Assembly: GCA_039801245.1 (NCBI GenBank)
Contig: JBDRUF010000003.1
Location: forward strand, 1 to 62,607
DNA from: a candidate division WOR-3 bacterium
GTDB taxonomy: Bacteria > Hydrothermota > Tepidihabitantia > Tepidihabitantales > Tepidihabitantaceae
Direction: 5' to 3'
Length of the DNA stretch: 62,607 bases
The translations under genes and the position numbers were made by a program. Within the stretch, counting starts at the first letter, position 1, and each line of letters begins with the position of its first letter. This document shows positions 23,187 through 32,390 of the stretch, piece after piece. A model generated the notes under the pieces. It had not been told where the DNA came from, did not search any database, and saw nothing but the letters and a program-made list of their open reading frames with translations.

Positions 23187-24422
23187 TTATTCAATCTCAT
23201 CGTCATTCCCGGCGAACCTTTGCTGATACCGCTGCCAGGCTTCATCACGGGCAAGTTCCATCTCCCGGGCTGCAGCCTGCGCCTCATCAATCCTGCCCAA
23301 AAAGAGCAGGGCATCGGCAAGGATGCCGTAAGCCTCCTGGTCGTAGCGGTTGAGGTTGATTGCCTGTTGCGCCGCGGCAATCGCATTTGGAAAGTCGCGG
23401 GTGTGATAATAAAGCCGGGCGAGGTCGGTCCAGAGGGAGGGGATATCCGGCAGGTAATCGAGCGCCCTTTTTAAATTGGCAATTGCCTCCTCAATTTTAC
23501 CGGTCTTTTGGTATGCCTGGCTGAGGCGGACAAGGAGCTCGGGGTCATTGGGATTGTCATTAACCATTTTCTTGAGGAGAGGGATTGCCTCATTATATAG
23601 TCCAAAGGACTCATAACACTGGCTGAGGGTTTCCTCATATTTGCCAAAGCGCTGTTTGATGGTTTCGTAGATGTCAAGCGCCTCGTCAAAGCGGTTGAGC
23701 CTTTTGTAGCAGTCCATCAGGTAGAAATATGCCAAGGGTTCGTCCGGTTCCTCAAGAAGCGCCTGAGCAAACTCCTGGGCGGCTTCGGCAATCAGACCTT
23801 CGGCATAGAGGTCCCTGCCAAGATGCTGGTGGGGGTTTTCCACATTCGGGTCAAGCCTTTTGGCGTACTGGTATTCGGCAAAGGCGTTGAGAAATTCACC
23901 GCTCAGGGCCAAACTGGTGCCCAGCCAGATGCGGGCGCGGATGTTGTCAGGGGAGAGTTCCAGGACCCGGCGGTAGACCTCAACACATTTCTCCTCGCTG
24001 CCCATATATTCATAAAGGATGCCCAGTCCTAAATTGAGGTCGATGTCTTCAGGGAGGGAGCGGAGCGCACTCTGAAAGAGGTGTTCGGCGCGCTGGTAAT
24101 TGGCATAATAGAGGGCGCGCACCGCCTCGCAGCCGATGGAATAGGGGTGGCGGGGTTTTTTTCTTTTCACCCGGGAGCACACCTCTTCAAGGGTCTCCTC
24201 ATCGTTGAGGAGGGAGGCGCAGAGGGCGGTGAGGTAGGAGAGGCGGAGGTTGTCGGGGTTGGTGTCAAGGAGTTCAAGAAAGAGTTCGAGCGCGGTTTCG
24301 TCGTCATCGCGGTAAAAGGCGTTGAGTGCCTCCTGCAATAGATTGCTTACGGGCGCGGTGTTTTTGTCCGCCTCGTTTTGTGGTCTTGCCTTACCTTTGC
24401 CAGGAATGAACGGATTGCGCAT
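23187..24422 (-). CDS. Tetratricopeptide repeat protein
   Basis: 411 aa with repeated TPR-like A-x3-Y/F...A...P units throughout. Confidence 0.75.
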   Translation of the reverse strand: MRNPFIPGKGKARPQNEADKNTAPVSNLLQEALNAFYRDDDETALELFLELLDTNPDNLRLSYLTALCASLLNDEETLEEVCSRVKRKKPRHPYSIGCEAVRALYYANYQRAEHLFQSALRSLPEDIDLNLGLGILYEYMGSEEKCVEVYRRVLELSPDNIRARIWLGTSLALSGEFLNAFAEYQYAKRLDPNVENPHQHLGRDLYAEGLIAEAAQEFAQALLEEPDEPLAYFYLMDCYKRLNRFDEALDIYETIKQRFGKYEETLSQCYESFGLYNEAIPLLKKMVNDNPNDPELLVRLSQAYQKTGKIEEAIANLKRALDYLPDIPSLWTDLARLYYHTRDFPNAIAAAQQAINLNRYDQEAYGILADALLFLGRIDEAQAAAREMELARDEAWQRYQQRFAGNDDEIE

Positions 24423-24471
24423 AAACTAATTTTAGCCAAAACCTAAGGGATGGCAACAGGTGAATGGGTTG

Positions 24472-24927
24472 TTATTTACCCCAGACCGGTTTGCCGAGGC
24501 TGTCGTAAACAACAAGTTGGAGCCCATCAGATGTAAGGGTGAGAAAGGCGGTGCCTTTGGTTTTATCGTCATAAAGGGAAAGGGCGAATCGGTCCTTAGT
24601 GATTGTGAGGCTGCCTTTGGGCGCCCTTTCATCTTCACCGAGCGGGATGTTGAGGCTCTCGGGTTTGAATGCCAGTCCGATATGGGCGCTGTCAATCTCA
24701 ATGGTGGCGCGGAGGTTGTCCTTTTCGTCATAGAAGTTGACGGTGAGACCGTCATTTGTGATGGTGAAGGTGCCTTTGAGTTTGACCGAATCTGGTGGGT
24801 TATCAAGAGCGGTTGTACCCCTGTTTTCTTTCGCACCAACGGTGGCACAGGATGAAATCAAGGCGCAAATTAAAACCGTGAAGGTGATAACCATCAGAAA
24901 GCGGGCGCAAGTGGTTTTTGTTATCAT
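24472..24927 (-). CDS. Hypothetical lipoprotein with internal repeat
   Basis: Lipobox LICALISSC. Repeated units are G(S/T)(L/F)TIT.D...(L/V).(F/L)YD. GGAGG lies 5 nt before ATG 24927. Confidence 0.55.
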   Translation of the reverse strand: MITKTTCARFLMVITFTVLICALISSCATVGAKENRGTTALDNPPDSVKLKGTFTITNDGLTVNFYDEKDNLRATIEIDSAHIGLAFKPESLNIPLGEDERAPKGSLTITKDRFALSLYDDKTKGTAFLTLTSDGLQLVVYDSLGKPVWGK

Positions 24928-25166
24928 CGCTGCCTCCATTTTTGTTTATCTAAATAATAGGAGAGGGTTTGATTTTGTCAAGTAGTGGCTGTAATTAATA
25001 AGTTCTTGCCGTTCAAGGTGTTATGAATTCAGGGCTGGTTTGGTTTTTAATAGGGGCTGGTCCCCTCCACCATCCCGGTGGTGGGTATGGCTTTACCTTT
25101 TGGTATTTTAGGAAGGTTGATATAAGAGAGATAGGTGCAAGGGGGAGTCTGTTTTCGGTTTATTTT

Positions 25167-25195
25167 TTGACTTGGTTTAGATTTTGGGTTAATCT
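25167..25195 (+). promoter_or_regulatory. Promoter TTGACT-N17-TAATCT ending 5 nt before ATG 25201 (leaderless-type)
   Basis: TTGACT at 25167-25172 and TAATCT at 25190-25195. Confidence 0.45.
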
Positions 25196-25200
25196 TTTTT

Positions 25201-25647
25201 ATGATGGGTGTATTAACAACGCTTGGTATAACGATTTTAGGGATGGTGGCAAACCCGGGTTTTTTGACGGTGAGGTCAAGACCTGCCGGTTTTGCGGTTT
25301 ATGTTGAGGGCGAGAGTATCGGGACAACACCGATTGAAAGGTATCAGTTTGCGCCGGGGAGGTACTGGGTGACGGTTGTCTCCAATGACAGTCTGGAGGT
25401 GCTTTATAAAAGGTTGCGCTACGCCGGGGTTGGGGCAAAACTTGCCGCGCTCTGGAGCCTTGCCCGGATAGATGCCGCCAGCACCCAGGTTGACCTTTTG
25501 CCCGGGTTTGAGACCAAGGTTGAGATTGATAAAAAGGTGATGGACAAAAGCGCCTGTCGGGCAAAGTGGATTTTCGGCGGGACTGTTGGTGGTATCTTCG
25601 GGCTGGGTGTGATAATCGGTGTGGTCGCGGGTCTTATTGCCAATTGA
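25201..25647 (+). CDS. PEGA domain protein with C-terminal TM anchor
   Basis: GFLTVRSRPAGFAVYVEGESIGTTPIERYQFAPGRYWVTV is PEGA-like. The C-terminal segment GGTVGGIFGLGVIIGVVAGLIA is hydrophobic. Confidence 0.65.
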   Translation: MMGVLTTLGITILGMVANPGFLTVRSRPAGFAVYVEGESIGTTPIERYQFAPGRYWVTVVSNDSLEVLYKRLRYAGVGAKLAALWSLARIDAASTQVDLLPGFETKVEIDKKVMDKSACRAKWIFGGTVGGIFGLGVIIGVVAGLIAN

Positions 25648-25649
25648 GG

Positions 25650-26732
25650 ATGCTGAGGCTTTTCGGATTTAGCGGGCTTTTGCTTTTAATGCTTGTCACT
25701 ACCGGGCAGAAACAGAAGGAAAAACTGCAGGAGGCGCGCTGGTATCAGAAACTTGACAACAAGAGGGTGCAGTGCCAGCTGTGTCCAAGGCGGTGCGTGA
25801 TTTTGCCTGGGAAAAGGGGGTTCTGCCGGGTGCGGGAGAACAGGGACGGCAAACTATATTCCCTGGTTTATGGCAGGCCCTGTTCAATGAACCGTGAGCC
25901 GATTGAGAAGGCGCCGTTTTTTCATTTTCTGCCCGGTTCCCAGCGTTTGACTCTGGCAACCGTTGGCTGTAATCAGCGCTGCAAGTACTGCCAGAACTGG
26001 GAGATTTCGCAGGCAAGCCCAGAGGAGGTGCCGAGTGAGGAGTTTTCACCTGAGGAGGTTGTCGGTCTTGCCGAAAGGCTGAAACTGCCGATAATCTGCT
26101 TCACCTATACCGAGCCGGTGGTTTTTTATGAGTATATGATTGACATCGCCCGTTTGGCAAGAACAAAGGGGATTAAGACTGCGGTTGTTTCTGGTGGCTA
26201 TGTGAACCCTGAGCCTTTAAAGGCGCTGTGTGCAGTTGTGGATGCGATTAAGATTGACCTGAAGGGGTTTACACCGGAGTTTTATCAAAATGTGTGCGGT
26301 TCGAGTTTGGAGCCGGTGCTTTTGGCATGCAGGACGGTTGCCCAGAGCGGGTGCCATTTGGAACTGGTCAATCTGGTTGTACCGGGTTATAACGACGATA
26401 CCACCACAATTAAAAGGATGTGTGTCTGGATTAAGGAGAACCTTGGCGATACGATTCCTCTGCATTTCACCAGGTTTCATCCTGATTACCGGCTGCAGAA
26501 CAGCCCGCCAACGCCAATTGCCACGCTTGAGCGGGCGGTGGCAATTGCGCGCCGGGTCGGGCTCAAGTTTGTCTATATTGGCAATGTGTTTGGGCACAGG
26601 GATGAAAGCACCTATTGCCCCAATTGCGGCAGGGTAATGATTAAACGCCAGGGGTTCTCGGTTCTGGAAAATAACCTTGTTGATGGCAGATGCAAATTCT
26701 GCGGGGCAAAAGTGCCTGGGGTGTGGAGATGA
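25650..26732 (+). CDS. AmmeMemoRadiSam-type radical SAM enzyme (PFL-activase-like)
   Basis: N-terminal CQLCPRRC...GFCRVRENRDGKLYSLVYG and the radical SAM cluster GCNQRCKYCQNW. ATG 25650 follows the PEGA gene stop. Confidence 0.75.
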   Translation: MLRLFGFSGLLLLMLVTTGQKQKEKLQEARWYQKLDNKRVQCQLCPRRCVILPGKRGFCRVRENRDGKLYSLVYGRPCSMNREPIEKAPFFHFLPGSQRLTLATVGCNQRCKYCQNWEISQASPEEVPSEEFSPEEVVGLAERLKLPIICFTYTEPVVFYEYMIDIARLARTKGIKTAVVSGGYVNPEPLKALCAVVDAIKIDLKGFTPEFYQNVCGSSLEPVLLACRTVAQSGCHLELVNLVVPGYNDDTTTIKRMCVWIKENLGDTIPLHFTRFHPDYRLQNSPPTPIATLERAVAIARRVGLKFVYIGNVFGHRDESTYCPNCGRVMIKRQGFSVLENNLVDGRCKFCGAKVPGVWR

Positions 26733-27760
26733 GCCCGGCAATTGTCTGGTTTGTGCCGGTTTCAAGGATAAAAGAGGGGCTTGGTGTCATCTTAGAGGAT
26801 TCCGGTTTTTTTCAGCGGACCAAACCGAAGAAGAAATTGGGGATTAAGGTCCATTTCGGTGAAGAGGGGAACAACAATCACCTTGACCCGGATTTTGTCC
26901 GCATTGCTGCACTCAGGGCGGTGAAGCACGACCTGCAGCCGGTGGTGATTGAAACCACCTCGCTTTACCGGGGAAGAAGGCAAAGGGCAAGCGAGCATCT
27001 CAAACTGGCAAAGGAGCACGGGTTTACCATTGAGCGGACCCTGGTGCCGATTGAGATTCTTGATGGCGAGTTCGGAGAAAGGTATTACACCGTAGAAGTT
27101 CAATCACCGCAAGTGTCCAGGGCTTTTCTTGCCCAGGGCTTGCGCTTCATCCGCTATCTCATCAACCTTACCCATTTCAAAGGGCACTTTGTTTGCGGAT
27201 TCGGCGGGGCGATCAAAAACCTGGCGATGGGGCTGGCGGCAAAGGCGGGAAAACTAGCAATGCACTCCTCATCCAAGCCTTATGTTGAGGAGAGCAAGTG
27301 TGCCAGTTGCGGCACCTGTGTTGACTACTGTCCGCATGATGCGATTGACTTCTTTCAGTATGTTGCCCGCATCGGTAAAGCCTGCACCGGTTGCGGCTCC
27401 TGTGTAGCGGTCTGTCCTTATGGGGCAATCAGGCTGAAGTGGGACGAGGCATCAGAATCGGTGCAGAAAAAGATGGCAGATTACTGCCTCGCAGTCCTTA
27501 CAAACCGGCAGGCGATTCATTTTAACTTTGCTATTAACATTACACCTAACTGCGACTGCAACACCAAAACCGAAAGACCGATAATGCCGGATATCGGGCT
27601 TTTCGCCTCCTTTGACCCGGTTGCCTGCGACCAGGCGGTTCTTGACCGCACCCAAGAAAAGCTCAAGGAGCTCTATCCAAATCTCAACCCCGAGATTGTT
27701 TTGGAAAGGGGCGAGGAGATTGGGCTGGGCACGAGGAGATACGAACTGAAAGGCTTATAG
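26729..27760 (+). CDS. DUF362-like protein with 2x[4Fe-4S] ferredoxin insert
   Basis: CASCGTCVDYCPHDAI and CTGCGSCVAVCPYGAI. An ATGA overlap joins it to the radical SAM gene. Confidence 0.7.
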   Translation: MSPAIVWFVPVSRIKEGLGVILEDSGFFQRTKPKKKLGIKVHFGEEGNNNHLDPDFVRIAALRAVKHDLQPVVIETTSLYRGRRQRASEHLKLAKEHGFTIERTLVPIEILDGEFGERYYTVEVQSPQVSRAFLAQGLRFIRYLINLTHFKGHFVCGFGGAIKNLAMGLAAKAGKLAMHSSSKPYVEESKCASCGTCVDYCPHDAIDFFQYVARIGKACTGCGSCVAVCPYGAIRLKWDEASESVQKKMADYCLAVLTNRQAIHFNFAINITPNCDCNTKTERPIMPDIGLFASFDPVACDQAVLDRTQEKLKELYPNLNPEIVLERGEEIGLGTRRYELKGL

Positions 27761-27785
27761 TGCCCCAAACCAAGGACTAAGAACT

Positions 27786-28493
27786 ATGAACCACGAACTA
27801 TCTATCAGGCTTGACCTTTTTGAGGGTCCGGTAGAACTCTTGCTCTATCTTGTGCGCAAGAACGAACTTGATGTCCTTGATGTTCCTATCGCCCGGCTGA
27901 CCGACGACTACCTCGCCTATCTCAGAGCGGGCGAACCCTTAAACCTTGATGGTGCCCTGGATTTTATGGTGATGGCAGCGGTCCTGATGCGGCTTAAGGT
28001 TCGTGCCCTTTTGCCGCACCAGGAGGATGAGGATTTGTCAACCCCACAGATTTCCCTTGAGCAGATTCTTGACTCCTATCGCCAGTTTCAAGAGGCGGCA
28101 CGCCTCTTGGGTAAAAAGGAGGCGGACCAGCGGTTGCGCTTTCCCCGCAAAGGGATTCAGCCGCCAGCGCAACTGGCAGAGGGTGAGGATTTAGCCCTTT
28201 TGACCCAGGCTTTCAGCCGCATTCTGGCGCGGCTGAAAACAGAACCGGTTGTAACCATCACCCCGCAGGCGGTTAAGATTGAGGACAAGATTGAGCGGCT
28301 GCGGTTTTTGCTAAAGGAAAAGGGGGTGGTGGATTTTGAGGTAGCGGTTAGCGGTGCGACCCTCACTGAGCTGATTGTTACCTTTCTTGCGCTCCTGGAA
28401 CTGGTGCGGCTGGGTGAGGTCAAGGTTGAGCAAAGTGAAGAGTTCGGACCGATAAGGCTTATTAGGCGCGGTGAGCAAATTGCATCGGCTTGA
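27786..28493 (+). CDS. scpA: Segregation and condensation protein A
   Basis: LDLFEGPVELLLYLVRKNELDVLDVPIARLTDDYL is a typical ScpA N-terminus. Confidence 0.85.
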   Translation: MNHELSIRLDLFEGPVELLLYLVRKNELDVLDVPIARLTDDYLAYLRAGEPLNLDGALDFMVMAAVLMRLKVRALLPHQEDEDLSTPQISLEQILDSYRQFQEAARLLGKKEADQRLRFPRKGIQPPAQLAEGEDLALLTQAFSRILARLKTEPVVTITPQAVKIEDKIERLRFLLKEKGVVDFEVAVSGATLTELIVTFLALLELVRLGEVKVEQSEEFGPIRLIRRGEQIASA

Positions 28494-28522
28494 CAAGGGC
28501 AGAGGGCTGTTTAACATCAGTT

Positions 28523-28867
28523 ATGACAATTAAGGCGACCGGTTTTGGCTGGATTGAGACCGACAGGGCGAGGTTTGATTATGACATTGTCATCTATCCG
28601 GATGGACGGGTTGAAAGCCGGTTTCCCAATCGGTTTGGTGACAGCCACACCATCACCCTGAAAGAGGTACAAAGGGTGCTTGCCAACACCAAAGCAAGCC
28701 TGGTGATGGGCACCGGGCAGGCGGGGGTCGCCGAGCTTGCCAAAGAGGCAAAGGATTTTCTCAAGGCAAACGGCATTGAGTTTAAAATCGCGCCCACACC
28801 TGAGGCGATTTTAATCTACAATCAACTTTCAGAGCCGAAGGCCGCGATATTCCATATAACCTGCTAA
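28523..28867 (+). CDS. Mth938-like (DUF498) domain protein
   Basis: YDIVIYPDGRV...SLVMGTGQAGVAEL...GIEFKIAPTPEAILIYNQL. ATG 28523 is preferred over the TTG at 28490. Confidence 0.6.
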   Translation: MTIKATGFGWIETDRARFDYDIVIYPDGRVESRFPNRFGDSHTITLKEVQRVLANTKASLVMGTGQAGVAELAKEAKDFLKANGIEFKIAPTPEAILIYNQLSEPKAAIFHITC

Positions 28868-28874
28868 GACAAAA

Positions 28875-29360
28875 GTGAGAATTTATACCTTAGGCATCGG
28901 GCAAAGACCAGGCTATGAGTTCACCCGGCTTTTAGCAAAGTTCGGGATACAGGTCCTTTTTGACATCCGGGCAAAACCGCCGGCAGCGCCGATCAACCCT
29001 TCTTCACCTTATGAAAAAGAGAAGACCGATTACAGCCGGGCGGCGTTAGAAGGGTTGTGTTCTGCAAACAGAATCAACTATGTTTACTTGGGCAACGAAC
29101 TGGCACCACCAGAGCGCAACAACATTAAAACCTGGCTGGAAAGAGAGGGTGTGAAGCGCGGCCTGAAAATCATTGCGAGCAAAGTCCCAATCAGGGTATG
29201 CTGCCTTGTCTGCTCCTGTTATCTGCCAGAACATTGCCACCGGCTTATCATTGCCGATGCGCTTGCGAAGCAGGGAATAGAGGTTGTTCATATCCTTGAG
29301 GAGAATCGGTTCTGGTTACCACGAGACAACAGGCAGCGAAAGGATAGCCGCAGGCGATGA
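28875..29360 (+). CDS. DUF488 family protein
   Basis: [11 protein letters not shown]...[17 protein letters not shown] is a typical DUF488 N-terminus. GTG start. Confidence 0.65.
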   Translation: MRIYTLGIGQRPGYEFTRLLAKFGIQVLFDIRAKPPAAPINPSSPYEKEKTDYSRAALEGLCSANRINYVYLGNELAPPERNNIKTWLEREGVKRGLKIIASKVPIRVCCLVCSCYLPEHCHRLIIADALAKQGIEVVHILEENRFWLPRDNRQRKDSRRR

Positions 29361-30265
29361 AGAATACCGCTGGGCTTATTAGAGAGATCTTGGAATTAAA
29401 ACAGCGGCGCCGAGCGATTATCCTTGCCCACAACTATCAAAAACCGGAGATTTATGAGGTAGCTGATTTTATTGGCGACTCACTTGAACTTGCGCGCAAG
29501 GCGCAAAATGTCAAAGCCGAACTTATTGTCTTCTGCGGGGTAAAGTTTATGGCGGAGACCGCCAAGATTTTAAACCCAGAGACAATGGTTATGCTTGCTC
29601 AACCCGAGGCAGGCTGTCCGATGGCAGATATGATTACCCCTGATGCCCTGCGCCAAAAAAAGGCGGAGTTGGGTGATGTCTTTGTTGTTGCCTATGTCAA
29701 TACCACGGCGGCGGTAAAGGCAGAGGCGGATATCTGCTGCACCTCTGCCAATGCGGTCAAGGTTGTTGCCTCTTTGCCAAAGGATAAAAAGATTTTATTT
29801 GTCCCGGACAAAAACCTTGCCCGCTGGGTTGAGTATGAGACCGGGATTAAGATAATTCCCTGGGAGGGGTTCTGCTATGTCCACGCCTTTTTTACGCTTG
29901 AGGATGTCGAGCGGGCAAGGAGGGAGTATCCTGAGGCGCTGATTGTCTGCCACCCAGAATGTTCACTTGAGGTGATTAAAGCGAGTGACAGGGTTGCCTC
30001 AACCAGCGGCATGGTGAGACTTGCCCGGGAGTATGATGAACTGGTATTGGGCACCGAGATTGGGATGTGTAACCGTATCCTGCGGGAATACCCGGACAGG
30101 AGGTGCCATCCGCTGCGGCGCAACGCCATCTGCAGGAACATGAAGTTGACCGGTCTTGAAGATGTGCGGCTGGCACTCTTGGGTAAGGTGGCGGAGATTT
30201 CAATCCCCGAGGAGGTGTCAACAAAGGCGAGGCAGGCGTTGGAGCGGATGCTCGCCATTTCTTGA
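29357..30265 (+). CDS. nadA: Quinolinate synthase
   Basis: ILAHNYQ, CPMADM, VAYVNT and CHPEC motifs; 302 aa. Confidence 0.9.
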   Translation: MKNTAGLIREILELKQRRRAIILAHNYQKPEIYEVADFIGDSLELARKAQNVKAELIVFCGVKFMAETAKILNPETMVMLAQPEAGCPMADMITPDALRQKKAELGDVFVVAYVNTTAAVKAEADICCTSANAVKVVASLPKDKKILFVPDKNLARWVEYETGIKIIPWEGFCYVHAFFTLEDVERARREYPEALIVCHPECSLEVIKASDRVASTSGMVRLAREYDELVLGTEIGMCNRILREYPDRRCHPLRRNAICRNMKLTGLEDVRLALLGKVAEISIPEEVSTKARQALERMLAIS

Positions 30266-30807
30266 CAATTACCCGAAACGAGCGTAATGTTTTTATAGTG
30301 GTGAATTTATTGATTGTCTCTTTTTTGCTTTTCAACGGTTTTGACCTTGGCGGCAGGGTAGGTATCGCCTTTCCCACAGGTGGTATCAATAGGACAACGC
30401 GCTCAAGCACAGTTATTGGCGCTCAGGCTGGTTATGGTTTTGGTCGGCACCGAACGGAACTGGGCTATTCCTTTTTCAGTTTTCCCAGCAAGGGGACAAC
30501 CCCTTATGAGCTGATAATCCAGGAGATAGCCCTCGCTTATAACTACGAGGTTTTTTCGCGACCGGTTTGGGGGATAAATTTAAATACCGGTCCGGGGTTT
30601 GGTTTTATAAGAAGGGCATTCGGCAGCTCAAAGGAAACGGGGCGTGCACCCAACTGGCACTTGGGGATATTCTTTGTCCAGCATGAGGGGAAAAGCCGGG
30701 TAGGTGCGGGTTTGGACAATATCATCTATCTTGAGGGGATTACTGCAAAAAGGTTGGCAATAACATATTTCCCAGTAATCAGGGCGGAGGTCGCCTATGC
30801 GTTTTAA
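30262..30807 (+). CDS. Hypothetical outer-membrane beta-barrel-like protein
   Basis: Signal-like N-terminus, alternating beta pattern, and a C-terminal ...RAEVAYAF ending in Phe. The TTG start forms a TTGA overlap with the nadA stop. An alternative start is GTG 30298. Confidence 0.55.
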   Translation: MTITRNERNVFIVVNLLIVSFLLFNGFDLGGRVGIAFPTGGINRTTRSSTVIGAQAGYGFGRHRTELGYSFFSFPSKGTTPYELIIQEIALAYNYEVFSRPVWGINLNTGPGFGFIRRAFGSSKETGRAPNWHLGIFFVQHEGKSRVGAGLDNIIYLEGITAKRLAITYFPVIRAEVAYAF

Positions 30808-31411
30808 GCCGATTTTGATAACAGTGCTTATTTTCCTTGGCTGCTCAGATATGCTCCTTTACCGTTCCGGTGCCAATTACTTTCCTTTGCCGCAAGGTGC
30901 AACCTGGAAGTATCTTTTTGAGAATGACACGATTTATGTTCAGGTTGACACCTCGCCAGCGGTGATTGCTAATAGAAATTGCATCCGCGTGTATCGCAAT
31001 TTTGCTCCGGAATATTACACTGTCAGCCCGACCGAGATTGAGAAGTTGATAATTACTGAGATACCCAGACCAAATAAGCCGGATACGGTTGAGTTCAGGT
31101 TTGGCTTGCGTTATCGGCAGCCGTTGGTTCTTGGTGACAGTTTTCAGGACAGTTTTGACACGACCCTTTTCTGGGGGCAGGATTCGGTTAAATTTCTCCA
31201 CAGTCTGAGGGTTAGGGTGAGTGCGATTGATTCGGTTCTGGTGCCGGCAGGGAAGTTTTATGACTGCTACCGGCTGGAGTTCTGTGAGATGGTGGTTAAA
31301 CCGGAGACAACAATCACTCAGTGGATTGAGTTTCTGGCACCGGATGTGGGTGTTGTCAAGCGGGAATATCATTCTGGGGAAAAAGAGTGTCTGATTGAGT
31401 ATCAACGGTGA
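30797..31411 (+). CDS. Hypothetical lipoprotein
   Basis: [18 protein letters not shown] lipobox; 204 aa. Confidence 0.55.
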   Translation: MRFKPILITVLIFLGCSDMLLYRSGANYFPLPQGATWKYLFENDTIYVQVDTSPAVIANRNCIRVYRNFAPEYYTVSPTEIEKLIITEIPRPNKPDTVEFRFGLRYRQPLVLGDSFQDSFDTTLFWGQDSVKFLHSLRVRVSAIDSVLVPAGKFYDCYRLEFCEMVVKPETTITQWIEFLAPDVGVVKREYHSGEKECLIEYQR

Positions 31412-32172
31412 TTTTTATTCCTGATCGAGATTACATACCTGTCGCCCCTGCCTGGGAGCGAAAGCCGGATGACCCTGATATCTGGCGCCGGGTGACGGTA
31501 ATGCCCTCGCTGGCGCTTAATAAGGCGGAGATGGAGTTTTTGGGTGCGGTGGCAGGGAAGAGGCTGGCGGTTTTGGGGAGCGGTGATGGTATTATTCCTC
31601 TGGCGCTTGCCGCGATGGGCGCAAAGGTTACGGTGATTGACCCGACAAACAGCGGCTTGGATGTGCTTTTGGTGCGGACCCAGATTGTTGGTGTTGAACT
31701 TGATTTCCGCCAGGCAGAGCTCACCGACCTTTCATCCTTGGGTGTGGACTGGTGCGAGGTTGCCTATGCGGGTCAGGTTGCGGGATTGATTGATGACTTG
31801 GGCAGGTTTTATCATGAGATTTATAAGATGCTTGTGCCTGGCGGCAGGCTGGTGATTAATGAGTACCACCCTTTTCGGCGCATATTTAAGGAGGAGCCGG
31901 GTCAGCCAAGGGTTGGTCGGTCCTATTTTGAGCGGCACCGTCTCCGTTCCCAGGAGGATGATGAGATGGATGTCACCTCTCCGGGCAGGGTTTCAAAAAG
32001 GTATGAATACTTTTGGACCGTGTCTGACCATTTTTACTTTCTTAGCCGGGCAGGATTCCAGGTAATAGGGATGGAGGAGGTTGGGGATGCGCGGCAGGTC
32101 TGGGAGATGCCCAATCTTACAGGGATGCCAGAACAGGTTGTCTTTGCCGCGCACAAGCCGGAGAGAAGTTGA
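31408..32172 (+). CDS. Class I SAM-dependent methyltransferase
   Basis: Motif I RLAVLGSGDGI and post-I VTVIDP, plus LVPGGRLVINEY. GTGA overlap start. Confidence 0.7.
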   Translation: MIFIPDRDYIPVAPAWERKPDDPDIWRRVTVMPSLALNKAEMEFLGAVAGKRLAVLGSGDGIIPLALAAMGAKVTVIDPTNSGLDVLLVRTQIVGVELDFRQAELTDLSSLGVDWCEVAYAGQVAGLIDDLGRFYHEIYKMLVPGGRLVINEYHPFRRIFKEEPGQPRVGRSYFERHRLRSQEDDEMDVTSPGRVSKRYEYFWTVSDHFYFLSRAGFQVIGMEEVGDARQVWEMPNLTGMPEQVVFAAHKPERS

Positions 32173-32390
32173 TTAAGTTTCATATATTCATAACTTAGCG
32201 ATTACCGGGTTTACCGAGGGGGTCACTCCCCCAGTGGTTTTAAGGTGGGCGTCGGTTTTGGTGGTAAAATGGCAACCTTGGCAATGCCAAATTTTGCCTT
32301 GCTCAATATAGGGGCGGTTCATTGTTTGACAATAAAAGTGGATGTTCTATAATAATAAATTATAAACCGTTAAATAACAGGAGGCATTTG

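Noticed and set aside
30262-30290. TTGACA-N17-TAATGT as a leaderless promoter for the gene at 30262/30298
   Set aside because: The TTG of TTGACA forms a TTGA overlap with the nadA stop, analogous to the ATGA/GTGA couplings elsewhere in the window. Starting there also gives a better signal peptide with a charged N-region. The promoter reading is therefore not needed, though it is not excluded.
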